DNA from: Vicinamibacteraceae bacterium
GTDB taxonomy: Bacteria > Acidobacteriota > Vicinamibacteria > Vicinamibacterales > UBA8438
Direction: 5' to 3'
Assembly (NCBI GenBank): GCA_012271165.1
Contig: JAAXGX010000142.1
Span: 33,398-96,137, forward strand
DNA: 62,740 nt
Positions 19,738 to 29,973 of the stretch are shown here, in pieces. Each line of letters starts with the position of its first letter. Positions within the stretch are counted from its first letter, which is position 1. Below the pieces are notes generated by a model. That model saw only the letters and a program-made list of their open reading frames with translations, made no database searches and had not been told where the DNA came from. The position numbers were made by a program, and so were the translations under genes.

Positions 19738-20933
19738 GTCACGTCCTCGAGCGCCGCCGCGAGCCGCGCGAGGCCCTCGTCGATGTCGGCGTCGGCAATC
19801 GTCAGCGGCGGGAGCAGTCGGACGACCGTTCCGGCGGTGCGGTTGACGATCACGCCCCGCTCCAGCGCGGCGCCGACGATCCGCTCGGCGGCCGCGGACT
19901 CGAGCTCCAGGCCCCGCATCAGGCCGGCGCCCCGGATCTCGCCGGTCGCGGGCCTGGTTGCAGCCAGCTTCGACAGCCCCGCCTCGAGACGTGCGCCCGC
20001 CGCGGCCACGCGCGCCGGCAGTCCGCCGTCGAGGGCGTCGAGAAACACGAGGGCGGCGCGGCAGGCGAGCAGGTTCCCCCCGTAGGTGGTGCCGTGGTCG
20101 CCGAAGGCGACCGCGCCGGCGACCTGCTCGCTGAGCAGGGCGGCGCCGACCGGGAAGCCCGCGCCGAGCGCCTTGCCGAGCGCCATCAGATCGGGCCGCA
20201 ACCCGAGGACGGCCGAGTAGAACGGGTGGCCCGTCCGCCCCAGCCCGCACTGGATCTCGTCTGCGATGAGGAGCGTGCCGGTCTGCGCGCAGACCGACGA
20301 GACCGCGTCGGCCATCGTGCGGGACAGCGGCCACACGCCGCCCTCGCCCTGGATGGGCTCGACGATGACGGCGGCGGTGGCCGGCGACACGGCCCGCCGC
20401 AGCGCCTCGGGGTCGTCGGGCGGGACGAACCGCACGCCCGGCACCAGCGGCGCGAACGGCTCGCGGTAGGGCGTCCCCGAGGTCACGGACAGCGACCCGA
20501 ACGTGCGCCCGTGGAAGGAGCGCTCGAAGGCCACGATCTCCGTGCGCGCGGGAGAGCCTGCCGCGTGCCAGTAGCGCCGCGCGAACTTCAGGCAGGCCTC
20601 GACGGCCTCCGTGCCGCTGTTGCAGAAGAACGCGCGGGGCAGTCCCGACAGCCTGGCGAGCCGGGCGGCCACCTGTCCCTGCAGCGGATGGAAGAACAGG
20701 TTGGACGTATGCACGAGCTCGCGCGCCTGGGCGGCGATCGCCTCCGCCAGTCCGGCGTGGGCATGGCCGAGCGAGGCCACGCCGATGCCGGACAGGAAAT
20801 CGATGTACTCGCGGCCGTCGGTGTCGACGATCCGCGAGTCTTCGCCCCGCACCAGGACCAGGGGCAGGCGCTTGTAGACCTGCAGGACATGCCTGGCCTC
20901 GATGCCGCGCACCTGCTCAGCTACCGTAGTCAT
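19734..20933 (-). CDS. argD: Acetylornithine aminotransferase
   Basis: Class III aminotransferase: FFCNSGTEAVEACLKFAR, LLIADEIQCGLGRTG, ALGKALGAGFPVGA (PLP Lys). Only the last 399 codons of the 953-aa track ORF are real. Confidence 0.93.
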   Translation of the reverse strand: MTTVAEQVRGIEARHVLQVYKRLPLVLVRGEDSRIVDTDGREYIDFLSGIGVASLGHAHAGLAEAIAAQARELVHTSNLFFHPLQGQVAARLARLSGLPRAFFCNSGTEAVEACLKFARRYWHAAGSPARTEIVAFERSFHGRTFGSLSVTSGTPYREPFAPLVPGVRFVPPDDPEALRRAVSPATAAVIVEPIQGEGGVWPLSRTMADAVSSVCAQTGTLLIADEIQCGLGRTGHPFYSAVLGLRPDLMALGKALGAGFPVGAALLSEQVAGAVAFGDHGTTYGGNLLACRAALVFLDALDGGLPARVAAAGARLEAGLSKLAATRPATGEIRGAGLMRGLELESAAAERIVGAALERGVIVNRTAGTVVRLLPPLTIADADIDEGLARLAAALEDVT

Positions 20934-21760
20934 CGTTCGGCTGCCGTCCGTTTCGTTCCGCTCGCGGTTACCATCGTCGTATCGGCGCCGTCGCCGTTCT
21001 CCAGCATGCCCGGCCGCCGGCCGTCGACGATCCGCACCTGTGGGACCCCGCCCCCCCGCGCGGCGCGGCAGGCGAGGAGCTTGGCGATCATGCCGGCGCT
21101 CGCGTGGCCGTCGCGGATCAGCCGGGCGAGTCGCCGGCCGTCCACGACCGGGATTGTCCGGCCGTCGGCGTCGAGCACCCCGCGGGTGGAGCCCGCGATG
21201 GTCAGCCGGTCCGCGCCGAGACGGACGGCGAGGTCGGCCGCCAGCGTATCGGCGTTCACGTTGTAGAGCCGGCCCCGCCCGTCGCTGCCGATGCTGGCGA
21301 CGACGGGGACGTGGCCGGCCCGCAGCAGGTCGAGCAGCAGCCGCGGAGGCGCCGCGGCGCGCCGCGGCTGGCCGACGAAGCCCAGATCGACCTGCCGGCC
21401 GTCGGTTGCCCGATAGCGCCGCGCCGCCGCCACGCGGACGAGCCCGGCGTCCGCACCCGTGAGGCCCACCGCGCTGCCGCCGGCGGCCCCGATGGCCGCG
21501 ACCACGCGCGTGTTCACCCGGCCGGCCAGCACGCCGAGCACGACGTCCAGCGTGTCGGCATCCGTGATTCGAAGCCCGTCGACGGCGCGCTTGGGGATGC
21601 CCAGCCGGACCATCTCGGCGTCCACCTCGCGGCCGCCCCCGTGCACCACGAGCACGCGGCGCCACGTGGCGGCCTCGCATACCCTGCGGGCGAGTCGTCG
21701 CAGCCGGCGCGGCTCCTCGAGCAGCTCGCCGCCGAACTTGATGACGTGCGGGCGCGCCAT
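20930..21760 (-). CDS. argB: Acetylglutamate kinase
   Basis: VIKFGGE, VLVVHGGG, NVNADT motifs. ATGA overlap with argD. Confidence 0.93.
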   Translation of the reverse strand: MARPHVIKFGGELLEEPRRLRRLARRVCEAATWRRVLVVHGGGREVDAEMVRLGIPKRAVDGLRITDADTLDVVLGVLAGRVNTRVVAAIGAAGGSAVGLTGADAGLVRVAAARRYRATDGRQVDLGFVGQPRRAAAPPRLLLDLLRAGHVPVVASIGSDGRGRLYNVNADTLAADLAVRLGADRLTIAGSTRGVLDADGRTIPVVDGRRLARLIRDGHASAGMIAKLLACRAARGGGVPQVRIVDGRRPGMLENGDGADTTMVTASGTKRTAAER

Positions 21761-22750
21761 TCAGACCAGCCCTGCCCGCTCGTCGAAGCCGCAGGCGATG
21801 TTGAAGTTCTGAACCGCCTGGCCCGCGGCGCCCTTCACGAGGTTGTCCAGGCACGAGACGAGCACCAGGCGGCCGCTGTCCGTGTCCAGCTTCCAGCCGA
21901 TGTCGCAGAAGTTGGTATGCGCGACGTGCTTGATCTCCGGCAGCGCCCCCTCCCGGAGTCGCACGAAAGGCGCGCCGCCGTACGCCTGCTCGAAGAGCTC
22001 GGCGACAGCCGCCGCGGTGGTCCCCGCGCGGACGCGGGCGTAGATCGTGGTCAGGATGCCGCGGTCGAGCGGGACCAGGTGGGGCACGAAGGTGACCGGC
22101 CGCCCCAGCTCCTGCTCGATCTCGGCCGTATGGCGGTGGCCGAACACTCCGTACGCGGCGACGCTGCCGTGGCGCTCCGAGAAATGGGTCCGCTCGCTCG
22201 GCGTCTTGCCGGCGCCCGAGATGCCCGACTTGGCGTCGATCACGATGTCGCCCTCGAGCAGCCCGGCCGCCGCCAGGGGCTCCAGCGGCAGGAGCGCCGA
22301 CGTGGGATAGCAGCCCGGACAGGCGACCACGCGCGCCTCCCTGAGGGCGTCCCGCCGCCGCTCGGTCAGCCCGTAGGCTACCGGCAGCGCCAGCTCGGGC
22401 GTCTGCGGATACCAGCGCGCCCGGGCCGCGGCGTCCCGCAGGCGGAACGCCCCGGACAGGTCCAGCACCCGCGGGCCGCGCTCGACCAGGTTCGGGACGA
22501 GCGCGGCGCTGGCGGACTCGGGCAGCGCGAGGAACACCAGGTCCGCGGCGGCGGTCAGCTCGTCGATGGCGAACGGCGTGATCGTTCCCGACCATACGCC
22601 GGTCAGCGCCGGGAGCGAGCGCACGCGGTCACTCGTGCTCGACGCCATGGCGACCGTTACGTCGGCGTGCGGATGCCGCGCCAGGAGGCGCAACAGCTCC
22701 TGTCCGCCGTACCCCGTTGCGCCCGCGATGCCGACCCGCACGCCCGACAT
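21761..22750 (-). CDS. argC: N-acetyl-gamma-glutamyl-phosphate reductase
   Basis: VGIAGATGYGGQELLRLL NAD motif, catalytic Cys context ACPGCYPTS. Confidence 0.94.
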   Translation of the reverse strand: MSGVRVGIAGATGYGGQELLRLLARHPHADVTVAMASSTSDRVRSLPALTGVWSGTITPFAIDELTAAADLVFLALPESASAALVPNLVERGPRVLDLSGAFRLRDAAARARWYPQTPELALPVAYGLTERRRDALREARVVACPGCYPTSALLPLEPLAAAGLLEGDIVIDAKSGISGAGKTPSERTHFSERHGSVAAYGVFGHRHTAEIEQELGRPVTFVPHLVPLDRGILTTIYARVRAGTTAAAVAELFEQAYGGAPFVRLREGALPEIKHVAHTNFCDIGWKLDTDSGRLVLVSCLDNLVKGAAGQAVQNFNIACGFDERAGLV

Positions 22751-22910
22751 GATTGAATATGCTATCAGAAGAATAGTTATACCGCCAGCGCAGGGGCGGA
22801 CGGTGCGCGTGATCCTGCCGAGGCCAGCCGGATGCCGGCATTCAGGACGACGAACGGAATTGATCCGCGCGCTGCTGGTTTCGTATAATCATGCAGTTCA
22901 AGGGATATTC
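22751..22910. promoter_or_regulatory. Divergent argC / argR control region with AT-rich ARG-box-like sequences and an argR promoter
   Basis: AT-rich island GATTGAATATGCTATCAGAAGAATAGTTATAC (22751-22782) directly upstream of argC. TTGATC (22860-22865)-N18-TATAAT (22884-22889) lies upstream of the argR ATG, followed by CATGCAGTTCAAGGGATATTCA. Confidence 0.45.
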
Positions 22911-23375
22911 ATGAAGCGATACCGGCAGTCGGCCATTCTCGATCTGGTGACCCAGGAGTCGGTCTGCAGCCAGGACGAGCTGTGCCGGCGGCTCCGCGCG
23001 CGCGGGTTTCACGCGACGCAGGCGACCATCTCCCGGGACGTCAAGGAGTTGAGGCTGGTCAAGCGCGCCGCCGACGGCGCGTACCAGAGGCCGGGCGTGC
23101 CGCCGGGCGGGCGCGGCGACGAGAGCCGGGGCGTGGAGAACGGCGTCCGGCGGGCGGTGGGAGAGTATCTGCGGCGGCTCGATCAGGTCCAGCAACTGCT
23201 CGTGCTGCGGACCGATCCGGGTCAGGCGCAGTCGCTGGCGATAGCGATCGATCGCGCGGATCTGCCGGAGGTCGTGGGTACCGTCGCGGGCGACGACACG
23301 ATTCTGGTCATCACGCGCCACGCCCGGGCGGGGCGCGAGGTGACGCGGCTGCTGGAGGGCTGGGCGCGGGGCTGA
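22911..23375 (+). CDS. argR: Arginine repressor
   Basis: RQSAILDLV..QDELCRRLRARGFHATQATISRDVKEL winged HTH; C-terminal GTVAGDDTILVI oligomerisation/arginine-binding motif. Confidence 0.92.
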   Translation: MKRYRQSAILDLVTQESVCSQDELCRRLRARGFHATQATISRDVKELRLVKRAADGAYQRPGVPPGGRGDESRGVENGVRRAVGEYLRRLDQVQQLLVLRTDPGQAQSLAIAIDRADLPEVVGTVAGDDTILVITRHARAGREVTRLLEGWARG

Positions 23376-23427
23376 CGCGGCGGGTTCGGGGTGCAGTCCC
23401 GTCTGACTGAAGCGGAAAGGAACTGGC

Positions 23428-24657
23428 ATGGAACGCATAGTGTTGGCGTACTCGGGCGGCCTGGACACGTCGGTGGCTGTCCGCTGGCTCGCCGACAAGT
23501 ACGACGCCGAGATCGTTGCCGTGACGATGGATCTCGGGCAGGGCAAGGAGCTCGACGACGTTCGCGAGCGCGCCCTCGCCGTGGGTGCCGCACGGGCCCA
23601 CGTCGTGGACGTGCGCGAGGAGTTCGCCCGCGAGTACGTGCTGCCGGCGCTGCAGGCGGGGGCGGTCTACGAAGGCAAGTATCCGCTTGCCACCGCCCTG
23701 GGGCGGCCGCTGATCGCCAGGAAGCTGGTCGAGATTGCCGAGCTCGAGAACGCGGGCATCATCGCGCACGGGTGCACCGGGAAAGGGAACGATCAGGTGC
23801 GGATGGACGTGTCGGCCCGGGCGCTCAACCCCGCCATCCGCGTCGTGGCGCCGGCCCGCGAGTGGGGCATGACCCGCCCGGACGAAATCGAGTATGCGCG
23901 CGCCCACGACATCCCGATTCCCGCCTCCGTCGACAATCCGTACAGCACGGACACCAACCTGTGGGGGCGCTCCATCGAGTGCGGCGTGCTCGAGGACCCC
24001 TGGGCCGAGCCGCCCGAGGACATCTACGCGCTGACCAAGTCCCCGGCCGAGTGCCCGGACGCGCCGGCCTACGTCGAGGTGGAGTTCGAGGCGGGCGTCC
24101 CGACGAAGGTGAACGGCGTCGCGATGCCGCTGAGCGAGCTGATCAACTCGCTCGATACCATTGCCGGCGTGCACGGCGTCGGGCGCATCGACATGGTGGA
24201 GAACCGGCTGGTCGGCATCAAGTCGCGCGAGATCTACGAGGCGCCGGCCGCGACGCTGCTCCACACGGCCCACCGCGAGCTCGAAGCGCTGGTCATTCCC
24301 AGGGACGTCGAGCGCCTCAAGCACGACATGGGCCGGACGTACGCCGATCTCGTCTACAACGGCCTGTGGTTCACGCCCGCCCGCGAAGCGATCGACGCGT
24401 TCGTCGCCAAGGTCCAGGAGCTGGTCAACGGGACGACCCGCCTGAAGCTCTACCGCGGCGACTGCCGCATCGTGGGCCGGCGGTCCGCGAACGCGCTGTA
24501 CGAGACGGGGCTCGCGACGTACGACGCGGGGGACGAGTTCGACCATTCGGCGGCCGAGGGGTTCATCAAGATCTGGGGACTCCCGGTGGAGACATCCGCG
24601 CGCAAGGCGCCGCGCGCCGCGGCGCCCGACGCGGCGCCCGGCGGGGTGTCGCGGTGA
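23428..24657 (+). CDS. argG: Argininosuccinate synthase
   Basis: VLAYSGGLDTS, HGCTGKGNDQVR, ENRLVGIKSREIYE. Confidence 0.95.
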   Translation: MERIVLAYSGGLDTSVAVRWLADKYDAEIVAVTMDLGQGKELDDVRERALAVGAARAHVVDVREEFAREYVLPALQAGAVYEGKYPLATALGRPLIARKLVEIAELENAGIIAHGCTGKGNDQVRMDVSARALNPAIRVVAPAREWGMTRPDEIEYARAHDIPIPASVDNPYSTDTNLWGRSIECGVLEDPWAEPPEDIYALTKSPAECPDAPAYVEVEFEAGVPTKVNGVAMPLSELINSLDTIAGVHGVGRIDMVENRLVGIKSREIYEAPAATLLHTAHRELEALVIPRDVERLKHDMGRTYADLVYNGLWFTPAREAIDAFVAKVQELVNGTTRLKLYRGDCRIVGRRSANALYETGLATYDAGDEFDHSAAEGFIKIWGLPVETSARKAPRAAAPDAAPGGVSR

Positions 24658-24661
24658 CGGG

Positions 24662-26050
<1,389 letters not shown>

Positions 26051-26099
26051 GCGGCCGGGACTTCCGGGTTGCGTCGTCTCGACGCGGTCTGCTATGTTA

Positions 26100-26116
26100 T
26101 GAATTCTACGAATTCA
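26100..26116. promoter_or_regulatory. Perfect 7-bp-arm palindrome TGAATTC-TAC-GAATTCA (TGAAT/ATTCA half-sites)
   Basis: Read directly from the sequence, in a local AT-rich patch 50 nt after the argH stop and 125 nt before the next ORF. Confidence 0.3.
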
Positions 26117-26241
26117 CGTTCCCATTCCCGCCTCAGGCCTTCGGGAAGTTCGTCAGCGCCGAGTTCGCGTGGGTGTGAGCGAGTCCCACTTCAGTCTCGT
26201 GTCACGGAGTTCCGCTCCGTCGCAGGGGACGGGTCGATCCT

Positions 26242-26637
26242 ATGAGCGAGCACGACCGCCCGAGTGAAGTCGATCCCGCGGTGGACCCTTCCGACGAGTC
26301 GGCCGTCGCCGACGCGGCGGCCGGGCGCGGCGCCGGCGAGTCCGTACGCCGGGCGCTGATTCGCGCAACGCTGAAGCCGCAGGAGGGTGTCCCGCCGACG
26401 CCTCGGCAGCCGCCGGTGTTCACGATGCACCAGCAGCCGCGGGGCGGCGCGGCGGGTGCCGGCCGCGGCAACTTCAGGGCCCGCGGCGTCCGCCCCGACC
26501 GGGCCGGCGGACAGCCCGACCAGGTCAACGGCAACAAGGCGCGGCCGGCCCGGCGCAACGAGCGCGACGGGCAGCAACGCTTCAACTCGACCTCGCGGTC
26601 CGCCTCCTCGCGCCGGGGAAAGGGACGCTCCCGCTGA
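26242..26637 (+). CDS. Hypothetical Arg/Gly-rich, probably disordered, basic protein
   Basis: 131-aa ORF with consistently high third-position GC; 22 Arg counted by eye; RGG/RG-rich (GRGNFRARGVRPDRAGG). No family recognised. Confidence 0.45.
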   Translation: MSEHDRPSEVDPAVDPSDESAVADAAAGRGAGESVRRALIRATLKPQEGVPPTPRQPPVFTMHQQPRGGAAGAGRGNFRARGVRPDRAGGQPDQVNGNKARPARRNERDGQQRFNSTSRSASSRRGKGRSR

Positions 26638-26659
26638 GGGTCGGCCACCCGGCAGGCGG

Positions 26660-27436
26660 ATGGGCGATCTGGACGGACTCAACGGGCTCGTTGTCGGGGT
26701 GGCGAACCGGCGCTCGCTCGCCTGGTCGATCGCCAGGGCCGCCGACGCGGCGGGGGCCCGCCTCACGCTCAGCTACGCCAACGATCGCTTCGGCGAGAAG
26801 ACGCGCGCACTGGCCGCCACCCTGAGCCGGCCCGCCCAACTGCTGGCGTGCGACGTCACCCGCGACGACGAGATCGAGGCGCTCTGCCGCGCGGTCGACG
26901 CCGAGCACGGCGGCCTGGACTTTCTCGTGCACGGCGTCGCGTTCGCCTCGCGGGAGGCGATCTCCGAGCCGTTCGTGGAGACGACGCGCGACGACTTCCG
27001 GCAAGCGCTCGACGTCAGCGCCTACTCGCTGATCGCGCTGGCCCGCGGCGCCGCACCGCTGATGGAGCGGCGCGGCGGGGGGAGCATCCTGACGCTCACC
27101 TACCTGGGCAGTGGCCGGGTGTTTCCGAACTACAACGTCATGGGTGTGGCCAAGGCCGCGCTCGAGGCGTCGGTCAGATACCTCGCCAGCGATCTCGGCC
27201 CGCGCAACATCCGCGCGAACGCCATCTCCGCGGGTCCGATCAAGACGCTGGCGGCGTCCGGCATCGCCGGCTTCACCCACATCCTGCAACACTATCGCGA
27301 GCGGGCGCCGCTGCGCAGGACGGCGGAGAGCACGGAGGTCGCCGACGCCGCGGTGTTCCTGCTGGGGCCGCGCAGCGGCGCCGTGACCGGCGAGGTCCTG
27401 ATGGTCGATGCCGGATACCACGTCACCGGCATGTAG
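26660..27436 (+). CDS. fabI: Enoyl-[acyl-carrier-protein] reductase (NADH), FabI type
   Basis: GLVVGVANRRSLAW, SDR Tyr-x6-Lys (YNVMGVAKAALE), NAISAGPIKTLAASGI. Start ATG 26660 lies inside the longer track ORF. Confidence 0.92.
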   Translation: MGDLDGLNGLVVGVANRRSLAWSIARAADAAGARLTLSYANDRFGEKTRALAATLSRPAQLLACDVTRDDEIEALCRAVDAEHGGLDFLVHGVAFASREAISEPFVETTRDDFRQALDVSAYSLIALARGAAPLMERRGGGSILTLTYLGSGRVFPNYNVMGVAKAALEASVRYLASDLGPRNIRANAISAGPIKTLAASGIAGFTHILQHYRERAPLRRTAESTEVADAAVFLLGPRSGAVTGEVLMVDAGYHVTGM

Positions 27437-27455
27437 ACGGCCCGGGTATCCGGGG

Positions 27456-27701
27456 TTGCGTCGCGCGCGCGGCCTGCTCCTGCGCCTGGCGTTCGAGCGC
27501 CGCGCCGCCGCCCTCGCCGGGGGTGTCCTGACGGCCGCCTGCGCCGGCCTGCGCGCCTTCGACTTCGGCTGGGAGTCGCGATTGTCCGATGGTCTCGGCT
27601 GGCTCCTGGGCGCGACCGGCGTGGCGCTCCTGCTCGCCGCGGCCGGGGGGCGCCGGCCCGACTGGATCGATCCCGCCGACCGCCGCGCGGACGGCGAGTA
27701 G
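27456..27701 (+). CDS. Possible small membrane protein
   Basis: Two hydrophobic stretches (AALAGGVLTAACAGL; LGWLLGATGVALLLAAAG). TTG start chosen to avoid overlap with fabI. Weak support. Confidence 0.3.
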   Translation: MRRARGLLLRLAFERRAAALAGGVLTAACAGLRAFDFGWESRLSDGLGWLLGATGVALLLAAAGGRRPDWIDPADRRADGE

Positions 27702-27710
27702 ACTACCGCC

Positions 27711-28859
27711 GTGCCCCATCGCCGGCCAGGCGCTCCCACCGCCGACCAGCAGCCCTACCTCGGCGGCAAGCCGATCCGCTACTACCGGCCGCGCGGCAGC
27801 CGGGAGCTGCGGCGGCTCGTCGACGAGGGATTCCAGGCCTTCAACGCCGGGCGGTTGTCGGAGGCGTGTCACGTCTTCACCGATCGGATGCTCGATCCGG
27901 CCCACGACACGACGATCGGGTTGACCATGGCGGGGGCGTTGACGCCGGCCGGGCTCGGCGGCTGCGTCATCGAGCTGATGGACCGGGGGCTGGTGGACTT
28001 TCTCGTCAGCACCGGCGCAAACCTGTACCACGATCTCCACCATGCCCTGAACTTCACGCTGCACCGCGGCTCGCCGTTCCTCGACGACGTCGAGCTGTAC
28101 GAGCACGGGATCATCCGGATCTACGACGTCCTGTTCCCCGCGGACGTCCTGCTCGAGACCGACGCCTACCTGCGCGACTTCCTCTCGCGCCAGGCGTTCG
28201 ACGCGCCCGTCTCGTCGGCCGAGCTGCACTACCGGCTCGGCCGCGACCTGCTGGAGCGGAACCCGGGCTGCGACGAGCACTCGCTGGTGGCCAGGGCGGC
28301 CTCGGCCGGCGTGCCCATCTACACCTCGTCGCCCGGAGACAGCTCGATAGGCATGAACCTCGCCTACCATGCGCTGCTCAACGACGGCCGCTGCATGGTC
28401 GACCCCAACCGGGACGTCAACGAGGTATGCGCCATCATTCTCGCGGGCGACAAGAACGGCTGCGTGATCCTGGGCGGCGGCTCGCCCAAGAACTTCTACC
28501 TCCAGGGCCAGCCGACCCTCTGGGAGATCTACGGCATTCCCAAGGGGGGCAACGAGTTCTTCATCCAGTTGACGACCGATCAGGCGGTCTGGGGCGGGCT
28601 GTCGGGCGCCACGCCGGCCGAGGCCGTGAGCTGGGGCAAGGTGAATCCCGGGCAGCTCCCCGACACGGTCGTGGCCTACTGCGACTCGACCATCGCGTTT
28701 CCGCTGTTCTGCGAGTACGCCGTCGGTTCGCCGCGCGGCCGGCGTCCCCGCAAGGCGCTCTTTCATCGCCTCGACGAGCTGCTGGCGGACCTCAAGCGGC
28801 AGGCGGCCCTTGCGGCACGTCAGCGGCCGGTCGACACGTCCGCGGGCCGAAAGGCGTAG
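27711..28859 (+). CDS. Deoxyhypusine synthase family protein (homospermidine-synthase-like)
   Basis: GLTMAGALTPAGLGG, VSTGANLYHD, ILGGGSPKNF, DSTIAFPL are characteristic of the DHS/NAD-binding family. GTG start. Confidence 0.8.
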   Translation: MPHRRPGAPTADQQPYLGGKPIRYYRPRGSRELRRLVDEGFQAFNAGRLSEACHVFTDRMLDPAHDTTIGLTMAGALTPAGLGGCVIELMDRGLVDFLVSTGANLYHDLHHALNFTLHRGSPFLDDVELYEHGIIRIYDVLFPADVLLETDAYLRDFLSRQAFDAPVSSAELHYRLGRDLLERNPGCDEHSLVARAASAGVPIYTSSPGDSSIGMNLAYHALLNDGRCMVDPNRDVNEVCAIILAGDKNGCVILGGGSPKNFYLQGQPTLWEIYGIPKGGNEFFIQLTTDQAVWGGLSGATPAEAVSWGKVNPGQLPDTVVAYCDSTIAFPLFCEYAVGSPRGRRPRKALFHRLDELLADLKRQAALAARQRPVDTSAGRKA

Positions 28860-29533
28860 GGCGCCGGGTCGTGAATGCCCGCCGCGTCGAATGCCTGCAG
28901 CCGCTCGCGGCACTTGCTGCAGCGGCCGCAGTGGGCCGTCTCCACCGGATTCATGCACGACACCGTGAGCTCCCACGGCACGCCGAGCGTCGCGCCCAGC
29001 AGGATGACGTCCGGCTTCCCCAGACTCGCGAAGGGCGCCACGATATCCAGCGGGTGGTCCAGACCCAGCGACAGGGCGTGCGCCATGGCCGCGAAGAATT
29101 CGGGCGTCGCGTCGGGGAAGGGGTTGCCGGCCAGCGGACCGACGGCAATGCGCGCGATGCCGTGCAGCGCGCAGTAGACGGCCGCCTTGGAGAGCAGCAC
29201 CGCGTTCCGTCCGACGAGGTAGACATCGCTGTCGGGCGTGCCGTAGGCGGGGGGCGTTCCGCGGAGCGCCCAGTGGGACGGCGGGTAGAGGTCCGCCAGC
29301 GGCGCCGCGAGCCGCGCGAGCGGGCGTACGGACGCGGCGAAGGTCGGTGCGGCCAGCAGCCGCTCGACGACCGCCAGCTCCGACTGCTCCCACGCGAGGC
29401 CGCCGCTCACGTAGAGGGGCTGCACGACGCCGGCCGCGGCCTCGCGCGCCACCAGCACGGCGCTGTCGAGGCCGCCGGAGCAGAGGACCGCCGCCAGCGG
29501 TTCTTGACCGTCGTTCGAGCGCTCGACTACCAT
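28820..29533 (-). CDS. queC: 7-cyano-7-deazaguanine synthase
   Basis: PP-loop LCSGGLDS; C-terminal Zn cluster CGRCSKCRER. Start placed at internal ATG 29533 (MVVERS) so it does not overlap queD. The 3' end overlaps the DHS-like gene by 40 nt (convergent). Confidence 0.85.
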   Translation of the reverse strand: MVVERSNDGQEPLAAVLCSGGLDSAVLVAREAAAGVVQPLYVSGGLAWEQSELAVVERLLAAPTFAASVRPLARLAAPLADLYPPSHWALRGTPPAYGTPDSDVYLVGRNAVLLSKAAVYCALHGIARIAVGPLAGNPFPDATPEFFAAMAHALSLGLDHPLDIVAPFASLGKPDVILLGATLGVPWELTVSCMNPVETAHCGRCSKCRERLQAFDAAGIHDPAPYAFRPADVSTGR

Positions 29534-29561
29534 CGCCCCTGCTTCACGCCAGCGACCTCCG

Positions 29562-29969
29562 ATGTATTCCGTCACGAAGCGGATCGACTTCTGCTACGGC
29601 CACCGGCTGCTGGAGTACGAAGGCGTCTGCCAGCATCCTCACGGGCACAACGCGGTCGCCGAGATCGAGGTGCGCACCGAGTCGCTCGATCCGCGCGGCA
29701 TGGTCTGCGACTTCGGTGACATCAAGCGCATCATCAAGGGCTGGATCGACCGCGAGCTGGATCACAAGATGATTCTGCGGCGGGACGATCCGCTGCTCGA
29801 GCCGCTCCGCCGGCTGGGCGAGCCCGTGTTCGTCGTCGATCACAATCCGACGGTGGAGCATATCGCGAAGGTGATCTTCGATCAGGTTCGCGAACGAGGA
29901 TTCCCGGTCATACGCGTGACGGTGTGGGAGACTCCCACCTCGTTCGCGACATACGCGGCATCAATCTGA
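29562..29969 (+). CDS. queD: 6-carboxy-5,6,7,8-tetrahydropterin synthase
   Basis: FCYGHRL...HPHGHN Zn-binding His set, VCDFGDIK, VWETPTS. Confidence 0.9.
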   Translation: MYSVTKRIDFCYGHRLLEYEGVCQHPHGHNAVAEIEVRTESLDPRGMVCDFGDIKRIIKGWIDRELDHKMILRRDDPLLEPLRRLGEPVFVVDHNPTVEHIAKVIFDQVRERGFPVIRVTVWETPTSFATYAASI

Positions 29970-29973
29970 CTTT

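Noticed and set aside
20934-22595. Upstream extension of the 953-aa ORF containing argD
   Set aside because: It overlaps argB and argC out of frame, and its sequence is low-complexity. argD starts at MTTVAEQ (20933) with an ATGA junction to argB.
27408-27455. Longer version of the small ORF overlapping the fabI 3' end
   Set aside because: The first 16 codons overlap fabI and are Pro/Arg-rich. Even the shortened ORF (27456-27701) is only weakly supported.
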